Under the pieces are notes generated by a model that saw only the letters and a program-made list of their open reading frames with translations, made no database searches and was not told the DNA's origin. Below are positions 36,935 through 49,821 of a DNA stretch of 64,000 bases, one piece after another; within the stretch, counting starts at the first letter, position 1; every line of letters starts with the position of its first letter. Source of the stretch: Octopus vulgaris (lineage: Eukaryota); the NCBI GenBank assembly GCA_951406725.2, contig OX597821.1:93930001-93994000 (forward strand), in the 5' to 3' direction. A program made the translations under genes and the position numbers.

Positions 36935-38658
36935 GTTTAGACCCAAGTAAAACTGGATCCATCAGGCCAGTGATTAAGTTTACTTTTCAAGCATACAGCT
37001 TTAAGTTCACCATTACTGTGCAGTGCTCTGGCAATAGACCCAACTGATTAATGCCTTGTAAAGGTATTTGGTAAACACAACTGAAAGAAGCCTGTCATAC
37101 ATTTAACGTATATATCGAGAGAGAGAGAGAGAGAACGAGAAAGATATAATGCGTATATATGTGTGTGTGTCTACTCTGAACTTCAGCTATGAGCAGTAAT
37201 ATCTGCCAGCCCTGCATATTCAGATTTTTCTGGAAGAGAAAACCCCTTGTAAACCTGTAATAGTTAGCCGTAGGAAGAGCTCCTGATTGAAAATTCTGCT
37301 CAGTTACCTGGTGACTAAACTCTGCTAGCATGGAAAACAGATGCTAAACAAAATGACCAAACGATATTTATTATTTACCTTAAATTATTGTACTCTTGAT
37401 TGAATTTATATTTTTTGTTTAAGTTTTCAATTCTAAACTCATATCTAACTGAATTTCAGTACCCTTCACCGTTAATCTGTTGTTCTGGGAGACAATTTTT
37501 ATGTGAAAGTTAAACTTAAACACAATAGAAGTCAGTGAAGTCTATTTCAGATTAGATGGAAAAATGGTACTGGGATGAAGAATATCTTACTTTAAAGTTT
37601 CCTTGGAAACACTTCAGGTCTAAATATATAATAAATATATCAATTTGTTCTCATAAATATGTATCTTTATCCAGAGCTATCATCACAACCAAATTGGGTG
37701 TGTAATAAAGAATGTTATATGATACTTAGTGTAATCATCATCGTTTAGCGTCCGCTTTCGATGCTAGCATGGATTGGACGGTTCAACTGGGGTCTGGGAA
37801 ACCAGAAGGCTGCACCAGGCCCAGTCTGATCTGGCAATGTTTCTACGGCTGGATGCCCTTCCTAACACCAACCACTCCGTGAGTGTAGTCGGTGCTTTTT
37901 ACATGCCACTGGCACAGGTGCCAGACGAGGCTGGCAAACGGCCACGCTCGGATAGTGCTTTTTACGTGCCACCAGCACGGGGGCCAGCCGAGGCTGGCAA
38001 CGGCCACGAACGGATGGTGCTTTTTACGTGCCACCGGCACTGGTATCACAGCTGCAATTTCCATTGATGTTGATCAATTTCGATTCTCACTTGCCTCAAC
38101 AGGTCTTCACAAGTAGATAACTTTTTCAGACATATTGTACTGAAGCTTCTTCTAGGCTTAGTCTATTTTTCAAACTGAAGAACAAACAGACTGAAACAAG
38201 AAAGATTAGTAAATCAGTTTGTAACTCTATTTCACTTCACAAGCTAGCAACAGAGCCATTCACAGGCTCTTCACTTGACCTGCTAGAAACAGTAGCTAAA
38301 CCCAAACTACACCTTATTATCTTTGAAAATGAGGGAGACATTTAACTCTCTAGTGTTCAGATTATTCTGTCAAATGTGATGTTTGTTTATTTAAAATGGT
38401 TTGAATTAATCATACATTATCTTGTAGTTTAGAGATTTCAGTGATGTGATTTTTTAGTTTTAGAATGACATTGTAGGGCTGAGGTGAGAGGCGAGATCTG
38501 GTCAGTTTCAATATAAAACAGGTTAAATATTTTGGCCAGATATGGCCGGTTTGAATGCTAAAGGGTTAATAAAGTAGTCGTAGTACAATATGTCTATCCA
38601 CCCGTCTGAAGCATTTCTCTCACATTCATCTGTTGTTCTTTTCATAAAATTCTTTCAG

Positions 38659-38875
38659 GATGAAAATTTGAATCATTTCTTACATTTATGTCATATGGCT
38701 CAAGAACAGAAACTGATGCCTCGGACCAATGAAACCGGTTTTGAAAATGAGTTGCAACGCTCTGTCATGGATCTTGCTAAAGCTAATGGTGAAAGTCTGG
38801 TGAAATTCTTGACTCTGATTTTAGACAAACTTATTTTACTGATGGTTCGACCACCTGTTATTTCAGACCAAACAA
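38659..38875 (+). CDS. DOCK7: DOCK7-like exon 16 (DENLNHFL...FLTLILDKLILLMVRPPVISDQT)
   Basis: LDKLILL..RPPVI motif. cag/gtgagt, phase 0 to 1. Confidence 0.96.
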
Positions 38876-39899
38876 GTGAGTATTGGAACTTTGCAAGTTA
38901 TTCTTGACTTAATGATCAAATCTTCATTTCAGTTAGAATCCTGAAGCTGTTCCTGTTAGAAATTTTTCATATTCCTTCATAGTCAGCTTTTTGATTTGAA
39001 ATTACCTATAACCTTTTAAAGTTCGTTTGGTTAGTGACTTGATCTGTGAGTGTTTTAAAACTGCAACATTCCCTGTAGAAGAGTCATCATATCCATTTAA
39101 AAATATGCATTTCTGTTAAATGCATTTTCTTTTTACTTCACGATAGCTTTGTATACTCTTAAGTGTCAAAAGTTTTTCTGTGCTGGTGATAAAAAAAAGC
39201 ACATCCAGTACATGCTGTAAAGCAGTTGGGGTTAGAAAACTCATCCAGCCATAGAAATTATTCCAAAGCAACACTGAAATGCTATGCAGTCTTTGGACCT
39301 ATCGGACCCTGTCAGACTATCTAATCCATCCTCCATTACAAAACAAAACAGATAACGCATGCAAACACAATTCTACATTCCAAAAAGTCTGTGCTGAACA
39401 CCTAGAAACATAGTGCAAGTAGAACCTTGCTTGAAACTTGAAACTATGATGGTAATGATAAAAATAATTGTTTCTAATTTAGATTTGAGGCCATTAATTA
39501 AGAGGGTAATTGTCAATTAATTGACCCCAGTACTAGACTGGTACTTTATTTTATTATGAACCCTGAAGGGATGAACAGCAAAGTTGACTTTAACAGAACA
39601 TAATTAACTGGAACAAAATCTCTGAAGCATTTTCTCTGATGCTTTAACAAGTCTAGTGAGACATGAAACAAAATAGATTAGGGATATCTAAGAAATTTTT
39701 CAGTGACCAAAAGACATGAGTAAACAAAGGTAAGTTACTGAGAGTGAAGGTCAGTTTGTAGACACATCAAAACCTTCACATGAAATAACCAGCTTGCTGA
39801 GATCTACTCAGTGAGTTATAACTTATAATTCACTTCCTTTCTGTGTATTTTAAAAGATTCCACCGAGCTTCACTCACAATTACAAATACATACTCATGC

Positions 39900-40337
39900 A
39901 CTCTCTCTCTCTATCCGCTCAGTCGAAGTCGACTCTTGGTCACATCGTTGGATCAGTGTCCTCCAGTCAGTTCTGTCCTGGGCCGCTTCCTTCAGATTGG
40001 CCATGTCCATTCCGGTATCACTCCTGATGGTGTCAAGCCAGCGGGTTCTTGGTCGGCCTCTTCCTCTCTTGCCACTGACCATTCCAAGCATGATGTCCTT
40101 CTCCAGGGATTCTCTCCGCATAATATGACCAAAATATGCCAATCTACGCTTGGTGATCCCAGCTTCTAGCGACATTTTCGGCCTTATCTGCTTAAGAACT
40201 TCTCCATTGGTGAGCCTCGCTGTCCATGGAATCCGCAAAAGTCTTCTCCAACACCAAAGCTCGAATGCATTAATTCTCTTCTGGTCAGCTTTCTTTAGTG
40301 TCCAGGTCTCGCATCCATATGTTGCTATTGGGAAGAC
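39900..40337 (-). mobile_element. RTE-clade LINE 3' fragment
   Basis: YGCETWTLKKADQKRINAFELWCWRRLLRIPWTAR...GRPRTRWLD. Confidence 0.92.
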
Positions 40338-40540
40338 ATATATACATGCATACATCTCTACTCATATTGACATATATCTACATATATGCTTAACACATCT
40401 ACACACATGCACACACACTCATGCATGCACACATTCACATGTTAAACTCTCTTGGTTTGTTGTTAACACTGCCTTTCTAAAGTAATTGCTGTTTTTATAA
40501 GAGAGATGTATTAATGTAATTATATTTCTTGTCTTTTCAG

Positions 40541-40696
40541 TAAGTGTTTGCCAGAACTGTTTTGAAACTATATCAGTCATTGTTGGGCGAATACACAATC
40601 TTCTAGAAGACCAAAACGACCATCACGGGGTCAACTCCGTGTTGGCTTCATACATTCACTACAGCTGTACATTACCACATCCTGATATCAATGCAG
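40541..40696 (+). CDS. DOCK7: DOCK7-like exon 17 (ISVCQNCFETIS...DHHGVNSVLASYIHYSCTLPHPDINA)
   Basis: Matches DOCK7 DQHGRNSLLASYIHY. cag/gttaga, phase 1 to 1. Confidence 0.95.
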
Positions 40697-41011
40697 GTTA
40701 GAAGAATACTTTAGTATACATATTTTCTATGCTGTAGAATTTGTACACTAAGTATATTTATATTTTATGCTATCTTGCTATGTACTCAATTACATACACA
40801 TTTAAAACTGAATTCCAGTATATAAACAAACATATTGTTTATACATCATCACTTCATGTACATTACAATGCTTTCAATATTCTAAAATATTCTCTAGAAT
40901 TCTATATTCATGGTTTCCGTCCAACCCATGCTAGCACGGAAAACAGACGTTAAACGATGATGATGATGATGATGATGAATAGACATGGTGCTAGGAGAAA
41001 CCCTGCTACAT

Positions 41012-41330
41012 GGCTCAGTGGTTTGAACGTCAGGCTCACAATCATGAGGTAGTGAGTTTGATTCCTGAACCAGGCTGTGTGTTGTGTTCTTGAACAAGAC
41101 ACTTTATTTCACATTGCTCCAGTTCACTCAGCTGTTGAAATGAGTTGCAACGTCACTGGTACCAAACAGTATCGGCCTTTGGCTTTCCTTTGGATAACAT
41201 GGCATGGAGAAGGGAGGCTAGTATGCATGGGCAGCTGTTGGTTTCCATAAACAACACAGCCCAGACTTGTGCCACTGAGGGGAACTTTCTAGATGCAGTC
41301 CCATGGTCATTCATGACCGAAGGGGGTCTT
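41012..41330 (+). mobile_element. tRNA-derived SINE family E
   Basis: A/B boxes followed by the gtgttcttgaacaagacacttta central domain. Confidence 0.8.
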
Positions 41331-42202
41331 TTCTATATATATATATTTAACCCTTTTGTTACCATATTTCTGTTGAAATATACTGCTTGTGTTTCATTTA
41401 ATTTCGAAAATGTTGAATCGTTAGTTAGATATTAACTAACCGACTAATAAAGGAGTGTGTTAATTATATTGGCATACTGACTCTCTTTAGATAAAACAAA
41501 ATTTGTACAATAACTTTCTCATTATTAAGCTTTTGTTTAAACATAAATCGACATGAAATTTTGAAGGACATTTTTAACTTTGATCACTTTAAAATGGAAT
41601 TTGTTACTTAGAAGAAAGGGCAGTTTTGAACAGGTTTGTATCAGAAGAGTTAATCTCATATTTACCTCTTTATTGTCCAGTGCATTCTTTGCCTAACTTT
41701 TGAAGAAAGATTAAAACTTATAAAATAGGGAAATAAGACAGGGAAATGGGGCAGGGGGAAGACATGTCAAAATACTTTGATTTGCCATCCTTGGTATTTC
41801 CTTCATTTCTTTAAAATTCTAATTGATGTAGTAGCACTATTATGACTGAAAAAAAATCAGCATAATCTTGACTGGCTGGTAGAAGTGATAAAGAAGTGAA
41901 TGAAAATAGGTAAAAAAGAGAGGAGGGGAATTCTTGTAAATGAAAGATGGAGAGATAAAATGCAAAAGGGGAATTTGGATTTTGAGCAAGGACAATGTTC
42001 AAAATGGGTAATGAATGTAACACTTTTATTGAAGTATATTAAATTAGTATTTTGAATATTTTACTAGTATCTAAAAGGTTTAGAGTTTTTCTTACATATA
42101 TAAAGAAAAGAAAGTGTTCTTATATTTTTAGCTGTTTATTGAAATTGTCAGCCTTTTTTTCTCAGTGTCTCTTCACATTACATCTTTCTATATCACCTTT
42201 AG

Positions 42203-42361
42203 TCTCTTGCCTGGGTAGCCCTACTGGCCAATATCCTACCTTGGGTCGTCCATCATCGCTGCCAGTTAACAAACCAGGTTATCAACGTAGCAGCAGTGAT
42301 CCCGACCTATCAGGCAGCACACCAACAACACCAGATGCAGAAGTTATTCATATAATGAACT
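42203..42361 (+). CDS. DOCK7: DOCK7-like exon 18 (VSCLGSPTGQYPTLGRPSSL...SSSDPDLSGSTPTTPDAEVIHIMN)
   Basis: Matches DOCK7 SNSNPDISGTPTSPDDEV. tag/gtaagt, phase 1 to 1. Confidence 0.9.
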
Positions 42362-42766
42362 GTAAGTTACATCTTACTATATTATCATTCATTAACAATA
42401 TTTGAATTTTTTTTTTTCGTTTTTTTTCAGCTCCCTTTCATTTTCTTAGTCTAATCATTCCTTCATTGTTCATTGTCTTCTTGCTTGTCTTCTCTTCCCT
42501 TTATTATTTTCTCTCTGTCTTCTTCCCCATTTTCATTGTTTGCTTTCTGTTTCTTATTATCTGTCTGCTAATTATATTCTATTAGTCTGGCCAAAGCAGA
42601 TTTTATTTTGCAACCTTATGAATTAGTTTTAGTGTTCAGGACCAATGTACCATCAAGTACCTTACTTTTATTGTAGTTCCCTGTGTTTCTCACAAAACCT
42701 GCCTTGTTTTTAAAGCTTCTTTTTATATATCTGTCATATTTTGTTTTTGTCTTTCTCCCTTACTAG

Positions 42767-42855
42767 TTACCAAAGGTGGTCCTCTTGATCGAACTGGCAG
42801 TATGAGAGGATCTGAGTATGGAATTTCAACATTCCCTAAGATCAGAGGTAAAAAA
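42767..42855 (+). CDS. DOCK7: DOCK7-like exon 19 (FTKGGPLDRTGSMRGSEYGISTFPKIRGKK)
   Basis: Long pyrimidine tract, tag/gtaagt. Phase 1 to 0 is required to link exons 18 and 20. Ends in KK before L.HEELA, as in DOCK7. Confidence 0.88.
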
Positions 42856-43330
42856 GTAAGTATCAAAGACCAAGTTCATACTTGCTTACCGATAGTTAAA
42901 GATTTGATTGTTGCTCAGCGTTAACATGTGTAAACCGAAGAGACATAAAGTAAAATTTAAAACAGTCCAGATCATGCAAGAACACAAGACACATTGCTCG
43001 GTTATTACCCCAAAATATTATCAACGTTCCATTAGCTATTTGATATTTCCTAAACAGTTTATAACCATGTCCGATAAGTTCACCATCATCAGTTCACCAT
43101 TTTGTTTTGTTTTTGTTTTAATAAAACAGTTTTTAACTATTAATGGTGAGATGCTATGCGATACGTTTTCTCAGTAAACTTTCCTCATGGTGAACTTTCT
43201 TCACAGTGAATTGATGGTGGAGAACTTACCTGTAATTGTTTATAACCATATAAATTGGCTTTTTGATTTATCTGCTTCACCTCTTTCATATTTCCTTATA
43301 TTGTCTTTTGTTTCTCTTTCTCTTTCACAG

Positions 43331-43426
43331 CTTGTCCATGAAGAACTGGCAGTGCAATGGGTAATGGCAAGTGGTTCCATCAAAGAAGCAACTCTTGCCA
43401 ATGCTTGGTTCTTTTTAAATCTTATT
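43331..43426 (+). CDS. DOCK7: DOCK7-like exon 20 (LVHEELAVQWVMASGSIKEATLANAWFFLNLI)
   Basis: HEELA.QWV and AWFF motifs. cag/gtacgt. Confidence 0.97.
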
Positions 43427-43535
43427 GTACGTATCACAACTTCAAACAAAGATTTTTTTTTTGTCCGACAGTGTAATGACTGAAACAAGTAAAAGAGTAA
43501 AAGAATTAGATGAATTGGTTTAAATCATTACTTAA

Positions 43536-43757
43536 CCCTTTAGCATTTAAACCGGCCATATCCAGCCAAAATATTCTACCTGTTTTATGTTCAATTTGAT
43601 CAGATCCAGCTTCTCGCACTTAACCTACAATGTCATTCTAAGGAAAATATGCAATCACATATCAAAATCTTGAAGCTATGAGATACTGTATGACTAATTC
43701 AAAACAATGTGAATAAATATACATAACTTTTCGTAGAATAATCTGAATGCTAAAGGG
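43536..43757. mobile_element. piggyBac-like MITE family 2
   Basis: TTAA|ccctttagcatt...aatgctaaaggg. Confidence 0.85.
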
Positions 43758-44009
43758 TCACATATAAATTACAATAATGTGCTTACAAATAAAGTGAAAT
43801 AAAGAATGTAAATAAAATAAAATAAAAATTTTGTGTGGCTTCTTTGGACTGGGAAACCTTAACCTATAGCTTATGCGTAAATCAGGTTTTGCTCTCATGA
43901 CTAGCTTTTAAGTGTGTAGCTGGTGAAAACTGATACAGCCTCGCAGCTCCAGCTGCTTTATTAATGTGATATACACAGATCAACACTGATCATTATCTTC
44001 TTGCTACAG

Positions 44010-44150
44010 GTAAAAGGAATGGCAGAACATCTTGACAAGACCGATAAGCTCAATATACATCGCAGTTTACGCTTCAGTGACCACTTCATAGAAGATGTCT
44101 ACCAACTGGTGCGCAACCTTATCAGAGAAATTGTTTTACGTTTCATGAAG
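44010..44150 (+). CDS. DOCK7: DOCK7-like exon 21 (VKGMAEHLDKTDKL...RFSDHFIEDV...EIVLRFMK)
   Basis: Matches DOCK7 VKSMVHHL...RFPERFMDDI. cag/gtatgt, 141 nt. Confidence 0.95.
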
Positions 44151-45523
44151 GTATGTTATTTTCATATATCTCAAATGTTTCTTATTCTTGTACAGTGGTC
44201 TCCAGAGTTCTGATATATTTTATACCTGGAAGGTCCAGGTGCTGGAATATTAATTGCAGTACTGAGTTCAAATTAACCTTACTTCCACAACTGTTATACA
44301 TCATTATCATCCTCCTCCTCCTCCTCATCATCATCATCATCATCGTTTAACGTCCGTTTTCCATGCTAGCATGGGTTGGACGGTTCAACTGGGGTCTGTG
44401 AAGCCAGAAGGCTGCGCCAGGCCCAGTCTGATCTGGCAGTGTTTCTACGGCTGGATGCCCTTCCTAACGCCAACCTCTCCGTGAGTGTAGTGGGTGCTTT
44501 TTATATGCCACCTGCACAGGTGCCAGACGAAGCTGGCAAACGGCCACGATCGGATGGTGCTTTTTACGTGCCACCGGCACGGAGGCCAGTCAGGACGGCG
44601 CTGGCAACGGCCACGTTCTGATGGTTCTCTCACGTGCCATCGACACTGGTATCACAGCTACAATTTTCATCATCATCATCATTTGATATCCCTTTCCATA
44701 GTCGAATCTGTTGGATGGTTTGACAGGGAACTGGCAAGCTGCAGGGCTGTATCAGGCTCCAATGTCATCTTTGGCATGGTTTCTATAGCTGGATGCCCTT
44801 CCTGATACCAACTACTTTATAGAGTGTACTGGGTGCCTGTTATGTGCCACTGGCACTGGTTAGGTTACCATGAAACTTGAAGACATAAAAGAACAGAAGA
44901 AAAGGAAAGGGAAAAACTCTCACTATTAAGAGGAAGTGTTTGGGAGAGGAAGGTGGAAGTGAGTGGCATTGTGCCAAGTGCTGAAAGGCTAAAGTATGAT
45001 AGGGAAAACACAAGTATAGAGGAGATAAGAGAAAAGTAGTGATGTGGGGCCAGAGCAAACTGTCAAGAAGCATGATGGTGAACATAAGAGAGGATACAGA
45101 CAGTGGGTCATGGGAGGAGATGAGAGAGTGTGTGAATGCTTTCATTGGAGTGTATTAGGGGTTAATGTGGTGAGAGTTAATGTAGTGAGTGGTAAGAAAG
45201 AATAGGGGTACAGAGATGGGAAATACTAGTATGGAGAGGGGTGAGGTGGAAGATAAAGGAATGGTTGAAGAGGGAGAATAAACAGAAAGTATGTGCAAGT
45301 TGTAGGAGCAGTGAGAGGGAGATATAGGGACACGTAAGGGGCTATAGTAAGTAGGTGAGTAGATATGCGAGGGCGTAAGGCAGCTGTTTAGAATGGAGTA
45401 TAGCAGGGGGGGGGGGGCAGTGGCTGAAGGCACAAATGGTGGGGTGTGGGTGTAATTGGTTGAAATAGTATGGGCAGAGATGATGAGGTGTCTGGAAGGA
45501 CATTAAGAAGGGGATGGGATGTA

Positions 45524-45525
<2 letters not shown>

Positions 45526-45563
<38 letters not shown>

Positions 45564-46712
45564 TGTGTACAGTGCTCAGGTGCACTACAACTCATCTAAA
45601 GTGTATATATAATCAGGTGTAGTTTCGGCAGATTTCGGAAAGCATGAGGGCCTTAAAGGATGCAGTGTCATGGCAGTCAACAACTGACGCAGGCAGTTTA
45701 TTCCACGCTTCAGCAACCCTGAGCGTGAAAAAATGTTTCCGAAAGTCATGGGAGCTGTGCTGTTTTCTGACTTTGTAGGCATGTCCATGTGTGTTAGACA
45801 CATGGAGATCAAAAAGGTGTTCAGTGTTGTTGTTGGTGAGGTGGTTGATAACCTTGTGGGTGTCTACCAAGTCCGTCGCCAGACGCCGGAGCTTCAGTGA
45901 ATCCATGCCCAGGGAAACAAGGCGCTCAGAATATGGTAGGTGTCTGATGGAGGGTATGCGTTTGGTTGCACATCTCTGGACAGATTCCAGGAGGTCAATG
46001 TTCTGAGCAAGATAGGGATTCCAAACTGATTATGCGAATTCCAAGTGTGGTCGTACCATAGCTGTATACAGTTTTAAATAGATGGCTGGAGAGCGGCTAA
46101 CAAAAGTTTTGCTGAGTGATGCCAAGACACCCTCAGCCTTCTTGACAATTTTAGAGATATGCTTTGTCCAACGCAAATCACTGCTGACAGTGATGCCTAG
46201 GTCACGCTCGCAAGAGGATTTCTTGATATCAGTGTTGTGGAGGGAGTATGTGGACCCAGGGTTTTTTCTCCCAAAATGCATGGTGGTACACTTGTCCACA
46301 GCCAGTTTCAGTTGCCAGTCTGTGATCCATTGCTGCATTGTGTCTAGGTCTGATTGCAGGAAAGAGTTGTAGACATCAGGATCAGTCCTCTTGATTTCAA
46401 GGTACAGCTTGATGTCGTCTGCATATTTCAATACTGTGGCATTCTTTAAATTGGCATCTATGTCATTAATGTATGCCACAAACAGGAGGGGACCAAGGAC
46501 AGATCCCTGTGGTACACCCGATGACATCTCATATGGTGTAGAGTGCTGTCCTAGAACTGTGACTACCTCCTTTCGGCTGAGGATGAAGGATTTCAACCAG
46601 TTAAAAAGGTCATCCCCCACACCCATTGCAGAGAGTTTCACCATAAGCCTTTTGTGTGGCACAGAGTTGAAAGCCTTAGCAAAGTCAAGGTAGACAACAT
46701 CCACCCTGCTCT
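45526..46712 (-). mobile_element. 5'-truncated CR1-like LINE with reverse transcriptase domain, nonsense codon at 46030-46032, (ATT)n tail
   Basis: YLDFAKAF, SGVPQGSVLGPLLF, YADD, ERDLGI and RPHLEF motifs. Confidence 0.95.
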
Positions 46713-47708
46713 CAGGTGAGTACAGCAGCCAGGTAGCACCATAAATGTAATATAAAGTAAAGCCCAAAACAAGTAGTAGATAAATGTAAAGTTACTTTCT
46801 CAAGTCATGCAACTCATAAGCGCCAGTTTCCATGACCGATAAATTCCCCACCTGGATGGGATGCCAGTCCATTGCAGGGTTACTCATTTTTGCCCACCAA
46901 ATGGACTGGTGCAATGTGAAATGAAATGTTTTTGCTCAAGAACACAATGCATTCCTCAGTCCAGGAATCAAAACCACAACCTTACGATCATGAGAATTAA
47001 CGCCCTAACCACTAAGCCATGTGCCTCCACAATACCATAGATAGGGAGGTAAGAAAATGGATAGGGACAAGACCTGTCTTTTCGCTCTACACCACATCAT
47101 TCATGGATGTTGACTCCAACTCAAGAGCACTGTATGGCTGTGGTCTTGGACTAGGTGCATAATTTGCCCACTCCTGTTGAATGATGCTTTTACTAGGCAC
47201 TACTCTTGTGGATGGCTGTTGTCCCACAGTGAGCTCATCTGTCCTTTAACAGGTCTTGTTTTCAGCCTTGCAGAGTGTCCACTACACCCTCCTCACCTAG
47301 CAAGCCAAGGTGGAGGAGCCAGGTTAGTCATCGACACCCCCCCCCCCTGACCATGAAATAAGTCCTACTATGTCACCATGGTACCAGTAGCTGCATCACT
47401 GTCATACAGGTGATGCTGTTTGCTTACAGTCTGTCATGAAAAGTATGTCTGGCCATGGGAAAATATAACTTTACTTGGAAACAGGTAAGGGTTGGCAACA
47501 AGAAGGGCATGTGGTTGGGAAGTGAACTTCTTAACCACTTATTCCTGTCTAATGAGCCATCATTAGGTTCAAGTAAGTCATACTTTCAAACTGTCATCTT
47601 AATGTGCAACAACAAAAAATAATTATGAATGATAATAGAGGTTGTAGGATCTTTGTCCTTCCTTCATTGTGCTTGTCTTTTGTCAGTAGGACAGGCCATT
47701 TTGTTACT

Positions 47709-48306
47709 CATCATCATCATCATCATCATCGTTTAAAGTCCGTTCTCCATGCTAGCATGGGTTGGATGGTTCAACCGGGGATCTGGGAAGCCAGAAGGCT
47801 GCACCAGGCTCCAGTCTGATCTGGCAGTGTTTCTACAGCTGGATGCCCTTCCTAACGCCAACCACTCCGTGAGTGTAGTGGGTGCTTTTTACGTGCCACC
47901 TGCACAGGTACCAGGCAAGGCTGGCACCGGCCACGGTCGAATTGGTGCATTTTACGTGCCACCGGCACGGAAGCCAGTTGAGGCGGCACTGGCATTGGCC
48001 ACAATTCAGATGGTGCTTTTTACGTGCCACCAGTCCAGGGGGTCCTGGCATCTGCCAGGTGCCAGTCATAGGATTGGTTCAATTTCGATTCCGATTTCGA
48101 TTTAACTTGCCCCAACAGGTCTTCGCAAGCAAAGGGGGGTTGGCGTGGGTGCCTGTCGTCGGATGAGGTTCGATATTGACTTTGCTTGCCTCAACAGATC
48201 TTTGTGTGTCCAAGGGAGGAAAGGCATGCATAAGTGGGCTGGACTCACTTGTCCTGCCTGGTCTTCTCACGCACAGCATATTTCCAAAGGTCTCGGTCGC
48301 TGGTCA
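47709..48306 (-). mobile_element. Family B copy extending into a LINE ORF C-terminus
   Basis: Minus-strand translation near 48246-48305 reads TSDRDLWKYAVREKTRQDK*. Confidence 0.8.
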
Positions 48307-48601
48307 AATATTGATATTTGGTCAAATACTGATATTACCTAAATGTAATATCAGTCGAGGAATAAGTTCTGTATTCACATTGCAGATTACTTTAGTGCAG
48401 GATGAGTGAATATACTAAGAGAAGAAGATTAAAAGATCTCTTTTGGGAAATACCCGTTCTAAGTTTATATCTTATAGTCTTCAGTGGGGTTTTACATGCA
48501 TAGAAGGTGGTGCCACTGGATGAATAGTGGAAAATATAAAACAAAATATAAAGAAACTAATAATTAACACTGATTTAAAATTTTTTTTTACACATTTTCA
48601 G

Positions 48602-48715
48602 GACCAATCTCTCATTCGTTCACTCAATTCAAGTTTAGCATTCTTCCTGTTTGATCTGCTTTCTCTGATGGATCGAGGAGTGGTCTTCACCTTGATCAAT
48701 GAATATTGTCGATCA
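48602..48715 (+). CDS. DOCK7: DOCK7-like exon 22 ([38 protein letters not shown])
   Basis: LN.SLAFFL.DLLS.MDRG motif. cag/gtgagt. Confidence 0.97.
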
Positions 48716-49593
48716 GTGAGTCTCTTATTTATTTTTCTCACTACTACGATGTAATGTTGCTTCATGCTGTGTTTTTTTTTTTTGCTTTGTTTCTGAATTT
48801 AACATCCATTGAGTTGTAAGGAACTTTAGCTGTTCCTGTAGTTGAAAGACCTATAGAATTTCCAGGAGAAATACTTTGGAAAGCATTGCTATTACTCCCT
48901 GTGATGCCCATAGAAAATTTATTAATTATAATTAATTTTACATTGTATTTAAAAAAAATTTTCCAAAGGCTGCAAGGTAAATTTTTGGGAATAAGATGTA
49001 ATCAGTATATTAATTCTATTGTATTGTGACTCCTGTTATACATTGGGGTGTTAGTAAACTGCTTGAGAATTTTATCTTTATGTGTAGGCTAAATCAGCCA
49101 AGCAAAGACTACCATCTTCAAAACATACTCAAGGAAATATTGCTGATTTTAAGCTTATGAAGGAAGAACTCATTAAGTTGCCACTATTTCAATCAGTTGA
49201 ACTGGGCCATTTGAAAACTGTCTAACTACAGAAAGACATGCTGGTAATAAAACCAACAAAGGAGCTGTTGGTAAAGCAATCTGCTAGAAACAGCAGTTAA
49301 ATCACATTCAACTCACTTTTACCATCATAAGAAAGGTCACAACGACTAATCTGCTTCTAGGTTCCCTGAACATAATAAAAGTCATGATGGTCACATTTGG
49401 AATACCTTTGATCATAGGTCTGTTCGGTGTAAGCCACACCAACAACTATTTTAAGTAGGTATGAACTGCTAATGACTTGGTATTGTATTAGCCAGCCACA
49501 CTCTCCGTCAGAATGTAGATCAGAACCAAGTAAAGTGAGATATGGATTCACAATTCTCTAGTTAATAGCTCTCTGCATGTGGTATGGTACCTT

Positions 49594-49821
49594 CGGCGAG
49601 CTGGCAGAAACGTTAGCACGCCGGGCGAAATGCTTAGCGGTATTTCGTCTGTGTTACGTTGTGAGTTCAAATTCCGCCGAGGTCGACTTTGCCTTTCATC
49701 CTTTCGGGGTTGATAAATTAAGTACCAGTTACGCACTGGGGTCGATGCAATCGACTTAATACCCATGTCTGTCCTTGTTTGTCTCCTCTGTGTTTAGCCC
49801 CTTGTGGGTAATAAAGAAATA
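49594..49821 (+). mobile_element. SINE family D (diverged copies at about 4782-4995 and 62678-62800)
   Basis: gagttcaaattcc B box, cctttcatcctttcggggt.gataa core, 13-bp TSD ggtatggtacctt. Confidence 0.9.

Noticed and set aside
29911-44016. AG|GT junctions at exon starts (29919/29920, 44009/44010, also 25863/25864) resembling recursive splice sites
   Set aside because: Explained by the Val or Gly codons that begin these exons; the introns are short and nothing else supports ratchet points.
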